From: Candidatus Babeliales bacterium
Lineage (GTDB): Bacteria; Babelota; Babeliae; Babelales; JBFXEV01
NCBI GenBank assembly: GCA_963716425.1
Contig: OY970310.1
Span: forward strand, 1,798,807 to 1,862,806
Direction: 5' to 3'
Length of the DNA: 64,000 nucleotides
In this document: positions 63,965-64,000 of the stretch, piece after piece
Layout: the number at the start of each line of letters is the position of its first letter
Position numbering within the stretch: position 1 is the first letter of the stretch
The notes under the pieces: generated by a model
Told to the model about the DNA's origin: nothing
Database searches by the model: none
The model's input: the letters and a program-made list of their open reading frames with translations, nothing else
Made by a program: the position numbers and the translations under genes

Positions 63965-64000
63965 GAGCAGTTCAACTCAAGCGCTTGACTACGTCCTTCA

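Noticed and set aside
1-64000. Insertion sequences, integrases, prophage or genomic-island borders explaining the duplicated gene ends
   Set aside because: No transposase, integrase or recombinase-like ORF, terminal inverted repeats or tRNA attachment site could be recognised. The repeats flank ordinary single genes.

Overview
AT-rich, densely coding bacterial chromosomal window. I found no rRNA, tRNA, CRISPR array, transposase or integrase. Three themes stand out. (1) There are 15 ankyrin-repeat (ANK) genes, one of them frameshifted, and almost all carry an N-terminal Sec-type signal peptide. They include a four-member family (11961-19063) built from ANK blocks plus a conserved Cys/His-containing 'TVFHEIC...CDH' module I cannot assign, and two ANK -> membrane-anchored bactofilin-like gene pairs (2035-7357). 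(2) Seven head-to-tail paralogs (38103-45377) encode a membrane-anchored HExxH protein whose motif order matches peptidase family M48 (HtpX-like). I consider this the most system-like novelty in the window. (3) Small-molecule scavenging and metabolism genes include two polar amino-acid ABC transporter operons (one behind argR), nupC, secreted SurE-like and adenosine-deaminase-like proteins, Nudix, LysE/GNAT divergent from an Lrp/AsnC regulator, a carotenoid-oxygenase homolog, and an operon of two D-amino-acid-oxidase-like genes plus alanine racemase. In both DAAO-like genes the normally C-terminal 'HNYGHGG' signature lies upstream of the Rossmann GxGxxG, which suggests circular permutation. 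Housekeeping anchors are prfA, rpmE, a YbaK/ProX-type deacylase and a 5'-truncated Fe/Mn SOD. The window also carries several scars of gene turnover: duplicated gene ends flanking single genes, a decayed RelE/ParE toxin beside an intact antitoxin ORF, a frameshifted ANK gene, and two noncoding regions with conserved hairpins. The gene content suggests a host-associated or intracellular bacterium (amoeba-symbiont-like), but this is inference only. All calls come from reading motifs by eye; no searches or computations were run.
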